Positions 1 through 10,304 of a DNA stretch of 64,000 bases are shown here, piece after piece. This stretch comes from Spirochaetia bacterium (GTDB lineage Bacteria > Spirochaetota > Spirochaetia > CADAEX01), in contig CAXXHA010000029.1 of NCBI GenBank assembly GCA_963662265.2, positions 32,001 to 96,000 of the forward strand, written 5' to 3'. Under the pieces are notes generated by a model. It saw nothing but the letters and a program-made list of their open reading frames with translations, searched no databases and was not told where the DNA came from. The position numbers were made by a program, and so were the translations under genes. Numbering within the stretch: position 1 is the first letter of the stretch; every line of letters begins with the position of its first letter.

Positions 1-14
1 TAAAGGAGAAAAAC

Positions 15-857
15 ATGAAAAAAAACGTTTCTGTTTTTGTTTTAACAGTGCTGCTTGCATCTGCTTCATTTGCCGGCGGTAAAAAAGAGGGCCTTGCAGG
101 CGAGTATAATCTGGGCGGTTCCACAACAGTTGCACCAATAATGACTTATGCAATTGAGGAATTCAGCGAGGTTGAACCTGATGTAAGAGTGAGCTATGAA
201 TCGGTCGGATCGAGTACAGGTATAAAAGGTGTTATAAATGATATATACCTGATCGGTGGCGCTTCAAGAGAGGTAAAGCCTGCAGAACTTGAAAGCGGCA
301 TCATGCCTGTACCAATTGCGCTTGACTGCCTTGTAATGATTGTAAACAGCGATGTATCAATTGAAAACATTACAAAAAACCAGCTTGCACAGATTTTTAC
401 AGGAAGAATTACAAACTGGAAGGAGGTAGGCGGCGAAGACAGGGAAATCAATGTAGTAACAAGAGAAGAATCATCCGGAACATTCGGAACATTCAAAGAC
501 ATGATTATTAAACCTGCATACGGCAAGAAGGAAAAAATTAAAACTGATTCGATAGTAGTATCCTCAAACGGTGATATGGTTACCAAGGTATCTACAACTC
601 CTTCTGCTATCGGTTATACAGGTCTGGGTTATGTCAAACAGGTTGAAAATTCCGGCGGAAAAGTAATCATGCTTAACAGTGTTGTTCCATCTGAAAAGTC
701 TGTAAAAGATACTTCATATGGACTTTCAAGAAAACTTTATGTTGTGCATAAGGGGGAAATTGAAGAGGGAAGTTTTAAAGAGGTTTTTATAGATTTTCTT
801 CTGGGAGAGACAGGTCAGTCCCTTGTTGAGGAGGCCGGTTTTATTCCGCTGAACTGA
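15..857 (+). CDS. pstS: Phosphate ABC transporter substrate-binding protein
   Basis: GSTTV, GSSTG, REESSGT and AIGY motifs; signal peptide; first gene of the pst operon; SD aaggag. Confidence 0.95.
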   Translation: MKKNVSVFVLTVLLASASFAGGKKEGLAGEYNLGGSTTVAPIMTYAIEEFSEVEPDVRVSYESVGSSTGIKGVINDIYLIGGASREVKPAELESGIMPVPIALDCLVMIVNSDVSIENITKNQLAQIFTGRITNWKEVGGEDREINVVTREESSGTFGTFKDMIIKPAYGKKEKIKTDSIVVSSNGDMVTKVSTTPSAIGYTGLGYVKQVENSGGKVIMLNSVVPSEKSVKDTSYGLSRKLYVVHKGEIEEGSFKEVFIDFLLGETGQSLVEEAGFIPLN

Positions 858-858
858 T

Positions 859-1740
859 ATGAAAGAGATTTTTGTTAATGACAGACATGGAAAAGGGGTC
901 CAGGCTTTCCTTTTCCTGTTTGCAATAACTTCGGTTATTATTGTTTTATTTATTTCATTTTTTATTTTCTACAGAGGTCTTCCTCTATTCAGGAACTACA
1001 GCATAATAAAATTCATTACATCTTCCAAATGGGATCCGATGAGTGAGAAGCCTGAGTTCGGAATCCTGTCTTTTATTGTCGGTTCATTTTATGTAACCGG
1101 TGTATCCCTTGCAATTGCTATTCCTATGGGGATAGGTACAGCGATATATCTTGCCGAGTTATCGGTGAAAAATACTGCAGTGATCTTAAGAAGAATTGTT
1201 GAACTTCTTGCAGGTATTCCTTCTGTTATATTCGGATTTATCGGTGTAACTGTAATAAGCGCTTTTGTAAGATATCTGTTCGGGGGGACAGGTTTTACTG
1301 TCCTGACAGGAGGAATAGTCCTGTCACTGATGATACTTCCAACCATAATATCTGTTTCTGAAGTTTCCATCAGATCAGTTCCGGGAGAACTTAAAGAAGG
1401 ATCACTGGCACTGGGTGCCAGCAATTTGCAGACAATATTCAGGGTAATAATTCCGGCTGCGAGAAAAGGAATAACAGCAGGAGTTATTCTTTCAATCGGG
1501 AGAGCAGTAGGTGAAACTATGGCAATTCTGATGGTAGCGGGTAATGCTGCAATAATGCCTGAAAGTATTCTCAGCATGACACGTACAATGACAATGAATA
1601 TTGTAACAGATATGGGATATGCGGACGGTGATCATATGACCTCACTTTTCACCACTGCAATTGTCCTGTTTGTTTTTATCCTGTGTATAAACTTATCTGT
1701 TAATTTTTTTACTGACAGGATTGATAATGAAAAAAAATAA
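859..1740 (+). CDS. pstC: Phosphate ABC transporter permease
   Basis: ELLAGIPSVIFG, EAA-like loop EGSLALGA, GRAVGETMA. Confidence 0.95.
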   Translation: MKEIFVNDRHGKGVQAFLFLFAITSVIIVLFISFFIFYRGLPLFRNYSIIKFITSSKWDPMSEKPEFGILSFIVGSFYVTGVSLAIAIPMGIGTAIYLAELSVKNTAVILRRIVELLAGIPSVIFGFIGVTVISAFVRYLFGGTGFTVLTGGIVLSLMILPTIISVSEVSIRSVPGELKEGSLALGASNLQTIFRVIIPAARKGITAGVILSIGRAVGETMAILMVAGNAAIMPESILSMTRTMTMNIVTDMGYADGDHMTSLFTTAIVLFVFILCINLSVNFFTDRIDNEKK

Positions 1741-3211
1741 TAAAATAAGGCAGATTACTGACAGGGCAGTTTTAATATTTATTTATCTGAGCGCTGCATC
1801 AACAGCTTTAATTCTTATCAGTATGATCGGGTATATAGCATTCCGGGGATTATACAGGGAAAGCAGAATAAATAAGCAGATTCTTGAATCAGATAATATT
1901 GTTTATGAATTTAATAATGAAAAATATATTTTTATAGTCAATAAAAAAATACAGAGGAATTTCATCGGTATTGATGAAGCTGAAAAGATTCTTGCAAAAG
2001 ATATAAAAAACTGGAGTTCAATTTCAGAGACCAGGGCAAGAATTAAATTATTATCCTTATTCAGGGAAAATAAGGAAATCAACAGTATATATAACATAAA
2101 AAACATGAACACTGCAGAAGAATTATTAAAAACCCTGCAGGAAAATAATGGATCAATCGGAATTGTTCCTCTTGATGCCAGAGAAAAATTAATTTTGAAA
2201 AACCTGAAGATACTTAATATCAATAATGAATGTGTTGCCGCAGGATATAAAGTGTCTGAAATAATAAACAACAGAAAACTCGCAGTTCTTTCTGAAGAAG
2301 ATTTTAAAAAAATAAAAGACGGAAAAGTTGAAAACTGGAAAGAGGTCGGCGGTCATGATATACCACTTGAAATAATGAAAAAAGCTGAGCAGGTAAAGAA
2401 GTCAGAAGGCGGATTTGCAGTTGTTGAATACAAAAAGGCAGTCAACGCAGGAGTATCAATAATTCCTGTGAGTTATGTGAAAAAAGGTGCAAATTTTACA
2501 CCCGGTTTTATTTTTGATAAACCTGTAAAGGCAGGTAAGGCCGGAGGTATTTCAACAATAATACTGAACACATTATTCATGATTATTCTCACTCTTATAT
2601 TTTCTGTGCCTGTTGGTGTAGGTGCTGCTTTATATCTGACAGAATATGCCAGTCCGGGCAGGACTATGAGAATAATCAGGCTGGGAGTTGAAACACTAGC
2701 CGGAATACCTTCCATTATTTTCGGTCTTTTCGGATTTATTTTCTTTGTAGATATTATGAATATGGGGATAGGTCTTTTATCCGGTTCCCTTACAGTTGCC
2801 ATGATGATTATACCTGTAATTATAAGGACTTCCGAAGAGGCTCTGAGGTCTGTTCCTATGTCATACAGGGAGGGGAGCCTGGCACTTGGCGCGGGGTTAT
2901 GGTACACGATTAAAAAAGTAATACTTCCGGCTGCAAAACCCGGAATTCTTTCAGGTGTTATTCTTTCTATCGGTCGTGCTCTCGGTGAAACTGCTGCGCT
3001 TGTATTTACAATGGGATTTGATTACAGGCTTGCGAATGGAATTAAAAGCTCTGCAAGAGTATTGTCAGTACACCTTTATCAGCTTGTACGGGAAGGTATT
3101 TCCTTCGAAAGAGCATTTGCAACAGCATTTGTTCTAATGTGTTTTATTTTTGTTATAAATACAACAACAATCGCTCTTGTATCTGGAAAAAATAATAATG
3201 GAGAAAAATAG
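1721..3211 (+). CDS. pstA: Phosphate ABC transporter permease with a large periplasmic insertion (start may be ATG 1727)
   Basis: C-terminal ETLAGIPSIIFG and GRALGETAA; about 220 extra aa after TM1 contain PstS-like segments (NWKEVGG). Confidence 0.92.
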   Translation: MIMKKNNKIRQITDRAVLIFIYLSAASTALILISMIGYIAFRGLYRESRINKQILESDNIVYEFNNEKYIFIVNKKIQRNFIGIDEAEKILAKDIKNWSSISETRARIKLLSLFRENKEINSIYNIKNMNTAEELLKTLQENNGSIGIVPLDAREKLILKNLKILNINNECVAAGYKVSEIINNRKLAVLSEEDFKKIKDGKVENWKEVGGHDIPLEIMKKAEQVKKSEGGFAVVEYKKAVNAGVSIIPVSYVKKGANFTPGFIFDKPVKAGKAGGISTIILNTLFMIILTLIFSVPVGVGAALYLTEYASPGRTMRIIRLGVETLAGIPSIIFGLFGFIFFVDIMNMGIGLLSGSLTVAMMIIPVIIRTSEEALRSVPMSYREGSLALGAGLWYTIKKVILPAAKPGILSGVILSIGRALGETAALVFTMGFDYRLANGIKSSARVLSVHLYQLVREGISFERAFATAFVLMCFIFVINTTTIALVSGKNNNGEK

Positions 3212-3214
3212 CAG

Positions 3215-3970
3215 ATGATTGATGATATCATTACAGTTGAAAACCTGGACCTTTTTTACAGCGATTTTCAGGCGCTGCATAACGTTAATATGAAAATACC
3301 GGAAAATAGAATTACTGCTTTTATCGGTCCTTCAGGATGCGGGAAAAGTACATTTCTGAAAACAATAAACAGAATGAATGATCTTGTAGAAGGATGCCGC
3401 ATAACCGGCGAAGTGTTTTACAAGGGAAACAATATTTATAAGCAGGATGATATTTTTAAATTGAGAAAAAACATCGGGATGGTCTTTCAGAAGCCAAATC
3501 CATTTCCAATGAGTGTTTTTGACAATATTGCATACGGGCCAAGAATACACGGCATTAATTCAAAACATGTTCTTAAGGAAATTGTTGAAAAATGCCTGAG
3601 AGATGTTGCGTTGTGGGATGAGGTTAAAGACCGTCTTCATAAATCTGCTTTGTCGCTTTCCGGAGGACAGCAGCAGAGACTCTGTATTGGAAGGGTTCTT
3701 GCTGTGGAATCAGATGTTATTCTTTTTGATGAACCGACAAGTGCTCTTGATCCGGTTTCGACATCAAAGATTGAAGATCTTCTTGATAACCTTAAAAATA
3801 AGTATACGATAATTATTGTGACACACAATATGCAGCAGGCTGCCCGTATTTCCGATAAAACAGCATTTTTTCTTCATGGAAAGATTGAAGAGTTTGATGA
3901 TACTGAAAAAATATTTTTGAATCCCGGGAAAAAAACAACAGAAGAATATATTTCCGGAAGATTCGGCTAG
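3215..3970 (+). CDS. pstB: Phosphate ABC transporter ATP-binding protein
   Basis: [26 protein letters not shown]-terminal YISGRFG. Confidence 0.97.
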   Translation: MIDDIITVENLDLFYSDFQALHNVNMKIPENRITAFIGPSGCGKSTFLKTINRMNDLVEGCRITGEVFYKGNNIYKQDDIFKLRKNIGMVFQKPNPFPMSVFDNIAYGPRIHGINSKHVLKEIVEKCLRDVALWDEVKDRLHKSALSLSGGQQQRLCIGRVLAVESDVILFDEPTSALDPVSTSKIEDLLDNLKNKYTIIIVTHNMQQAARISDKTAFFLHGKIEEFDDTEKIFLNPGKKTTEEYISGRFG

Positions 3971-3973
3971 GAG

Positions 3974-4630
3974 GTGAATATGACTCGGGAAAAATTTGAA
4001 AATCAGCTGAAAAGGCTGGATAATAATCTTCTTAAAATGGCAATACTTGTAGAGGAATCTGTAAATAAAGCTGTATATGCTCTTAAAAATCAGGATACCG
4101 AAGCTGCTGCAGAAGTAATAAGTGATGATGAAAAAATAAATACAATGGAAATTGATATTACTGAGGAATGTTCAATTATTCTTGCAACTGAAAATCCTGT
4201 TGCAGGAGATTTGAAGCATATAATCAGTATTATGAAAATAATTACCGACCTAGAAAGGGCGGGGGACCACAGTGTTCATATTGCAAAAAATGTAATAAAA
4301 CTTGCTGATGAGACATATATCAAACCGCTTATAGATCTGCCGAAAATGGCGGAAATAGCAGTTGAAATAATCCATAAAGGGATAGAATCATTCCTGGAGA
4401 GAGATCCTGATTCTGCTTATAAGATTGCAATGAGGGACAGTGAAATTGATGATATTCATATGCAGGTTGTACGGGAGCTTATTTTTATAATGTTGACTGA
4501 CAATAAAAAAATTGACCAGGCGCTTTCTCTGATGTTTACAAGCAGGTTTATTGAAAGATTGGGTGATCATGCAAAAAATATCTGCGAATGGAGTATTTAT
4601 TCTGTAAAAGGTGAGAAAATTGATTTATAA
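3974..4630 (+). CDS. phoU: Phosphate signalling complex protein
   Basis: Two repeats DLERAGDH and IERLGDH; follows pstB. Confidence 0.95.
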   Translation: MNMTREKFENQLKRLDNNLLKMAILVEESVNKAVYALKNQDTEAAAEVISDDEKINTMEIDITEECSIILATENPVAGDLKHIISIMKIITDLERAGDHSVHIAKNVIKLADETYIKPLIDLPKMAEIAVEIIHKGIESFLERDPDSAYKIAMRDSEIDDIHMQVVRELIFIMLTDNKKIDQALSLMFTSRFIERLGDHAKNICEWSIYSVKGEKIDL

Positions 4631-4663
4631 TATTTATAATATTATAAATAAAGGTCAGGTTTT

Positions 4664-5359
4664 ATGGGGACTTTGAATAAACTTCTTGTTGTTGAAGATG
4701 AAGACGATATCAGGGAATTGATTGCATTTAATCTTGAAATGAGTAATTTCGAGGTGCTTAAAGCAAAAGACGGAGAAGAAGCTATTCAGATTGCGGAAAA
4801 GGAACTTCCTGATACAATCATACTGGACGTTATGCTGCCGGGAATGGATGGCTTTGAAGTCTGCAGATATCTTAAAAAAAATGTTTCAACAAAAGAAATA
4901 CCTATTATCATGCTTACAGCAAGATCTGAAGACAGCGATGTGGTAACAGGACTTGAACTTGGTGCTGATGATTATATTACTAAACCGTTCAGCCCGAGAA
5001 TACTTATTGCCAGAGTTCATGCAGCAGTAAGAAGACGATCTGAAACAGGGGAAACAGCTACACCCAGACAAATCAAAATACATGATATTCTCATAGATTT
5101 TCCAAGACATGAAGTATATGTGAAGGGAGAAAATGTAAATCTTTCTGCCACTGAATTTGCAATACTCAAGTTTCTGGTAACTAATCCGGGCTGGGTGTTT
5201 TCAAGAAGCCAGATAATTGATGCTGTCAAGGGGGGCAATTATCCTGTAACGCCCCGGTCTGTTGATGTCCAGATTTTGGGACTTAGAAAAAAACTGGGAA
5301 ATGAAGGACGTTTTATTGAAACTGTAAGAGGGGTAGGTTACAGGCTTCAGGCTGAATAG
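4664..5359 (+). CDS. phoB: OmpR/PhoB-family response regulator
   Basis: Receiver domain (VEDE, LDVMLP, KPFS) plus winged helix ETVRGVGY; pst context. Confidence 0.88.
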   Translation: MGTLNKLLVVEDEDDIRELIAFNLEMSNFEVLKAKDGEEAIQIAEKELPDTIILDVMLPGMDGFEVCRYLKKNVSTKEIPIIMLTARSEDSDVVTGLELGADDYITKPFSPRILIARVHAAVRRRSETGETATPRQIKIHDILIDFPRHEVYVKGENVNLSATEFAILKFLVTNPGWVFSRSQIIDAVKGGNYPVTPRSVDVQILGLRKKLGNEGRFIETVRGVGYRLQAE

Positions 5360-7147
5360 TTGATGAAAAGTAAATCCCTTTTTTTTCAGTTTTTTACTGT
5401 ACAGATTCTGCTCATATTTATGGCAATTTTTGTATCCTCATTTTTTACTATCAGGACACTTGTTGATCTGATATACAGCAGAACTGCACAGGAACAGGAG
5501 GCAATCTGCCGTCTCATCGTAAATATGCTTCCGGAAAAGGGTTTTATCTCTCTTCATAATGCACAGGATTTCTCATATCAGGCTTCATCCGGAACAAGGG
5601 TGCGGCTGACTCTTATACAGTATTCAGGCAGCGTTCTTGCCGACTCTCACAGCGATCCTTTCTATATGGAAAACCATTTTGACAGGCCGGAAATCCAGGA
5701 AGCACTTAGAAGTGCGATAGGCCGGTCAAAGAGATACAGTTTTACAATGAGGGAGGAAATGTTTTATACAGCAATTCCTGTCCCCACCAGGAGCCTTATT
5801 GTCAGGACATCAATATCAGTCGAGGAGATAAACAGGGAAATAAGCCAGATGTACCTGCGGCTGACTCTTTCAAGCCTTATAATTCTCTTTTTTGCTGTTG
5901 TTTTTTCATATGTATTTGCAAAAACAATCAGCTCTGCAATGACATCGATTAAAAATGTTGCAAAGCATTATGCTGCAGGTGATTTTTCTGTAAAACTTGA
6001 ACAGGGGAATATCATTGAGCTTAATGAACTGAGTACTGCTATCAATTCAATGGGCAGACAGCTCAGGGAAAAAATCAGGACAATTACATCCCAGAAAGAT
6101 GAACTTCAGGCCATGCTGAACAGCATGATTGAGCCTGTAATTCTTGTGGACAGGAGCCTTGAAATCAGGGAATACAATCCTGCAGCGGAAAAAAATATAT
6201 TCGGGAAAAAGAAGCCGGAATCTCTGAATCTCCTGAGTGTTCTCAATAATGTTGAGATTACAGAGCTTGTTGAAGATTCGCTGAAAAACAGCGTCTACAA
6301 TGAAAAAGTCGTATGTTTCAATTTCGAGGAGGAAATATATTATCTTGTTCATGTTTCATTCATTGAAAATCTTGAGAATGAACAGTCAGGCGCTCTTATA
6401 GTTCTTAATAATATATCTGCAATCAAGCATCTTGAAAAAATCAGGAAAGATTTTGTCGCTAATGTATCACATGAACTGAAAACACCTGTCACATCTATTA
6501 TCGGTTATGTCGAGACAATCATGTCAGGCGGAAAGATAGCACAGAAAAATATTGACCGTTTCATGGATGTTATAAGCAGGCAGGCTAACAGGCTGGCAAA
6601 AATAATTGAAGACCTGCTTACCCTGTCACGTGTCGATTATGAACATGCTGAAATTAAAAAAGAAATAATTCCAATGTCTGACCTGATAGGAAGTGCAGTT
6701 GCAGCATGTTCATACAATGCTGAACTTAAAAACATGCAAATACATATAAGCTGTGATGATGAACTGGAATTTTATGCCAACACAATACTTGCGGAACAGG
6801 CTCTTACAAATCTCATTGATAATGCAGTGAAATACAGCAACAACGGTACAGATATTTTTGTAAGGGTACGGGATGATGAACAAGAGATCTATATAACTGT
6901 AGAGGATTCCGGTCCGGGAATAACAAAGAAGGATTTGAAAAGAATATTTGAAAGGTTTTACCGTGTAGACAAGGCAAGGAGCCGCGAACTCGGCGGTACA
7001 GGACTGGGGCTTGCAATTGTTAAACATGTTCTTAAAACACATTCAGGACGGATAGAGGTAGACAGTATTCCAGGAGAGGGCAGTAAATTCACCATAATCT
7101 TTCCGAAACATGAAAGAGGCGGTTCAAATACGGGGCGTATTTTTTAA
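5360..7147 (+). CDS. phoR: Sensor histidine kinase (HAMP-PAS-HisKA-HATPase)
   Basis: FVANVSHELKTP, NLIDNAVKY, FERFYRVDKARSR, GTGLGL. Confidence 0.9.
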   Translation: MMKSKSLFFQFFTVQILLIFMAIFVSSFFTIRTLVDLIYSRTAQEQEAICRLIVNMLPEKGFISLHNAQDFSYQASSGTRVRLTLIQYSGSVLADSHSDPFYMENHFDRPEIQEALRSAIGRSKRYSFTMREEMFYTAIPVPTRSLIVRTSISVEEINREISQMYLRLTLSSLIILFFAVVFSYVFAKTISSAMTSIKNVAKHYAAGDFSVKLEQGNIIELNELSTAINSMGRQLREKIRTITSQKDELQAMLNSMIEPVILVDRSLEIREYNPAAEKNIFGKKKPESLNLLSVLNNVEITELVEDSLKNSVYNEKVVCFNFEEEIYYLVHVSFIENLENEQSGALIVLNNISAIKHLEKIRKDFVANVSHELKTPVTSIIGYVETIMSGGKIAQKNIDRFMDVISRQANRLAKIIEDLLTLSRVDYEHAEIKKEIIPMSDLIGSAVAACSYNAELKNMQIHISCDDELEFYANTILAEQALTNLIDNAVKYSNNGTDIFVRVRDDEQEIYITVEDSGPGITKKDLKRIFERFYRVDKARSRELGGTGLGLAIVKHVLKTHSGRIEVDSIPGEGSKFTIIFPKHERGGSNTGRIF

Positions 7148-7280
7148 TTTATGGGCGCCTCTGAAAAATCGCAAAAACGAGTTATTCCCATAGATATTTG
7201 CCCAGAGAATCTATAAGAAAAACTTTGATAAATATTATAGTCCTATTCATGAAAATGGAAACTGCTGATACTTTAAAATG

Positions 7281-7323
7281 AAAAAAGCTGCATTGATGAA
7301 TAAAATCAATGCAGCCTTTTTTT
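7281..7323. terminator. Bidirectional intrinsic terminator between convergent phoR and the NhaC-family gene
   Basis: gctgcattgat/atcaatgcagc stem with an A-run before and a T-run after. Confidence 0.8.
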
Positions 7324-7356
7324 AATATTTATTAATATTATAAAGAATCAACAGTG

Positions 7357-8997
7357 TTATGCGTTCCCTTTAAAGATTTTCGGAAGAAAGAGAATTCCAA
7401 TACCGAAAACAACTGATGCTGCAATAAGTGCTGATGCAGCGCTGAGAGTTAAACCTGCTACAATATGTCCTATTAAAGCGACAACAGCGATAAACACTGC
7501 ATATGGGACCTGAGTTGCAACATGCTCAAGGTGAGGACATGATGCTCCTGTCGATGAAAGAATTGTTGTATCTGAAATAGGAGATGAGTGGTCGCCGAAA
7601 ATAGCTCCCCCCAGTACTGCCCCGATAGGAACAAGAGTTGCATTAAGAAGATCAGCTCCCTCATATCCTGATGCTTTACCAAGTGCAACAGCAATCGGCA
7701 TGATTATCGGGATCATGATTGCGAAAGTACCCCAGCTTGTCCCTGTTGAAAAAGAGATAAGACATGATATAAGGAATACAACTATAGGAAGAAGCCACAG
7801 AGGGAATCCCCCTTCAACAACTGATTCGGAAAGGAAAGCTGAGAGTCCAAGGCCTCCATCGGCAGGTGAGCTCTTGATAAGTGAGCCTATTGACCATGCC
7901 ATTGTAAGTATCATAAGCGCCGGTACCATTGACTTGAGCCCGTCAAGGATTGCAGATGCTGCTGTTTTTATTGTAAGAAGCTTTTTGGCTACATAATAAA
8001 TATATGATACAGAGAGAGTTGCAATTACTGCATACATGAGAGCTGCAGATGCATCTGTGTCGTTGAATGCAGTGGCAAGCGGAATAGCTGCAACAGCTTC
8101 TTTGAAACTTTTGATATTTTCTCCGTCAATTGATGCGAGCCATGTTGAAACAGGAAAGAAGACAACTGCTGAAATAATAAGAAAAATAATCGGGAAAAGC
8201 ATGTCTGCCGGTCTTGTTTTCTTAGTTCCTGTTTCCTGTTCAATGTTACCCGCCGGTTCGCCGTATTTTTCAGCATTGAAAAGAATATTTTCCTCTTCTG
8301 CAAGATTGCAGCTGTTAACCATTGGACCGAAATCCCTGGCTGTGAAAATTATTACAATAACCATGAGTATTGCAAACAGTGCATAAATATTGAAAGGGAT
8401 AACATGTATAAAGTAGCTGAACTCCTTTATGCCTAGTTCTCCGAACCCTTCAGAATCTTTGATTACCGACATAACATAAACAACCCATGATGAAATAGGG
8501 GCAAGAATACATACAGGAGCAGCTGTTGAGTCAAGAATATATGCAAGCTTTGCCCTGGATGTTTTTGTCTTGTCTGTAATGGGTCTCATTACAGTCCCGA
8601 TTGTAAGTGAGTTGAAATAATCATCAATAAAAATAATAAGTCCGAAAATCCATGTGAATACAAGACTTTCTCTTTTAGTCTTTATCTTTTTTGCTGCCCA
8701 GTCACCGAAAGAAAAAGCGGAGCCTGTTTTTGCCAGCATACCTACCAGTGCACCTAAAAGGCCGCAGAAAAGAAAAATTCTGATGTTCCATCCGTCTGCC
8801 AGAGAGTCTGCAAGCCTGTCTGTAAGAGACATGAGCGCAAGAAGCGGATTTCCCCCTGATACAATTAAAGTTCCTGATAAAATACCCAGGAAAAGTGAAA
8901 TAATAACATCTCTTGTTATGAATGCCAGTACTATAGTGAGTATAGGCGGAACAAGTCCAAGAAGGCCGTAATGTTCCATAAAAAAAATTTCCTCCAA
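7357..8997 (-). CDS. Na+/H+ antiporter NhaC-family transporter (start may be ATG 8979)
   Basis: FIDDYFN, DSTAAPV, TGTSWGT, GDHSSPISDTTILSS motifs; many TM helices. Confidence 0.88.
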   Translation of the reverse strand: MEEIFFMEHYGLLGLVPPILTIVLAFITRDVIISLFLGILSGTLIVSGGNPLLALMSLTDRLADSLADGWNIRIFLFCGLLGALVGMLAKTGSAFSFGDWAAKKIKTKRESLVFTWIFGLIIFIDDYFNSLTIGTVMRPITDKTKTSRAKLAYILDSTAAPVCILAPISSWVVYVMSVIKDSEGFGELGIKEFSYFIHVIPFNIYALFAILMVIVIIFTARDFGPMVNSCNLAEEENILFNAEKYGEPAGNIEQETGTKKTRPADMLFPIIFLIISAVVFFPVSTWLASIDGENIKSFKEAVAAIPLATAFNDTDASAALMYAVIATLSVSYIYYVAKKLLTIKTAASAILDGLKSMVPALMILTMAWSIGSLIKSSPADGGLGLSAFLSESVVEGGFPLWLLPIVVFLISCLISFSTGTSWGTFAIMIPIIMPIAVALGKASGYEGADLLNATLVPIGAVLGGAIFGDHSSPISDTTILSSTGASCPHLEHVATQVPYAVFIAVVALIGHIVAGLTLSAASALIAASVVFGIGILFLPKIFKGNA

Positions 8998-8998
8998 A

Positions 8999-10093
8999 TT
9001 AAAATAATTTTTCTACATAGTTTGCAATTGCAAGTGAAGAAGTGAGCCCCGGGGACTCTATTCCGACAAGATTTATGAAGTTGTCAAGATCTCTGTCAGA
9101 TTCATTTTTTATAATAAAGTCCTTGAAAGATTCTCCTCTCATCTGAAGTTTTGGCCGTATGCCGCAGTCATCTTCTTTGAGATCTTCAGGATCAATATCA
9201 ATATAGTTTTTTATTGATTTGTGAAATTCCTCTTTGAAAGAACTGTCGAAGCTGTAGTCAAGTTCATCTACATAAAATGAATTCGGTCCGAATGCAGTGC
9301 TTCCGTCAAGATGAATTCTGATATGTATACCCAGGTGATTAACTTCAGGGGCAGGTACAGGATAAACAATACGCTTGAAATTCCTGTAACGTGAAGTCCT
9401 GTAGTAGACACCCTTGCAAAAATGTATTCTATACCCTTCCTTGTCAGGATCAATTCCTGCCATTTCTGATACTCTGTCTGAAAAGAGGCCGGCTGAATTG
9501 ATTACAACAGATGCTTCAACCTCATACCCGTCTGCAAAACCGACAGTGTATCCTGTTGAATTTTTACTGATTGAAGTAACTTCTGTGTTGTAGGAAATGA
9601 GGCAGCCGTTATTCTCAGCCCTGTATTCAAGACGTTTCATAAAGCTGTGTGAATCCATTATACCTGTTGTCGGAACAAACAGCCCCATCAGGGCCTTGAT
9701 TTCCGGTATTTCGGAAGTAATCTGTTCTTTTGTAGCAATAGTCAGCCCCGGAACATTATTCCTGTTGCCGTTTTCATAGAGCGCTTCAATTAAATCTATT
9801 TCATCCCTGTTAGTGGCAATGACATATTTACCGCAGTTATTGTATTCTATTTTTTCGCTGTCAAAAAAACTGTAGAGAAGATGATTCCCCTCCACACACA
9901 GATCAGCTTTCAGTGAATTGTTGTTGTAATAAATACCAGAATGAATAACTTCACTGTTCCTGCTTGATGCATGCTGCCCGAATGAAACTTCTCTGTCAAC
10001 AAGAACAACAGAATCATGTTTCTGTGACAGTTTTTCGGCAACAGCAAGCCCCACAGCTCCCGCACCAATAATGAGTATATCGATTTTTTCCAT
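8999..10093 (-). CDS. FAD-dependent oxidoreductase, L-2-hydroxyglutarate oxidase (LhgO)-like
   Basis: IIGAGAVG, SSRNSEVIHSGIYY, GIRPKL, GIESPGLTS. Confidence 0.85.
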   Translation of the reverse strand: MEKIDILIIGAGAVGLAVAEKLSQKHDSVVLVDREVSFGQHASSRNSEVIHSGIYYNNNSLKADLCVEGNHLLYSFFDSEKIEYNNCGKYVIATNRDEIDLIEALYENGNRNNVPGLTIATKEQITSEIPEIKALMGLFVPTTGIMDSHSFMKRLEYRAENNGCLISYNTEVTSISKNSTGYTVGFADGYEVEASVVINSAGLFSDRVSEMAGIDPDKEGYRIHFCKGVYYRTSRYRNFKRIVYPVPAPEVNHLGIHIRIHLDGSTAFGPNSFYVDELDYSFDSSFKEEFHKSIKNYIDIDPEDLKEDDCGIRPKLQMRGESFKDFIIKNESDRDLDNFINLVGIESPGLTSSLAIANYVEKLF

Positions 10094-10304
10094 ATTCAGA
10101 ATTCCTTGGGCAATAATAGTATTTAAATACTGTCCGGGTCAATTCAAAATTGCATAAAAATCAACAATGCCGGCTCTTATATTGTAGATATCATCCAGGT
10201 TTAATATTGAAAATATAAGTTTTATTTGACAAAATAATGTTATAGTTGAAAGGCGGGCAGTAAAATACTGATACCGGCATAAATAAGATTTTAAGGAGAA
10301 TTTT

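Noticed and set aside
7152-7230. gggcgcctctgaaaaatcgc resembling an IS or MITE end after phoR
   Set aside because: No partner inverted repeat or second copy found in the window
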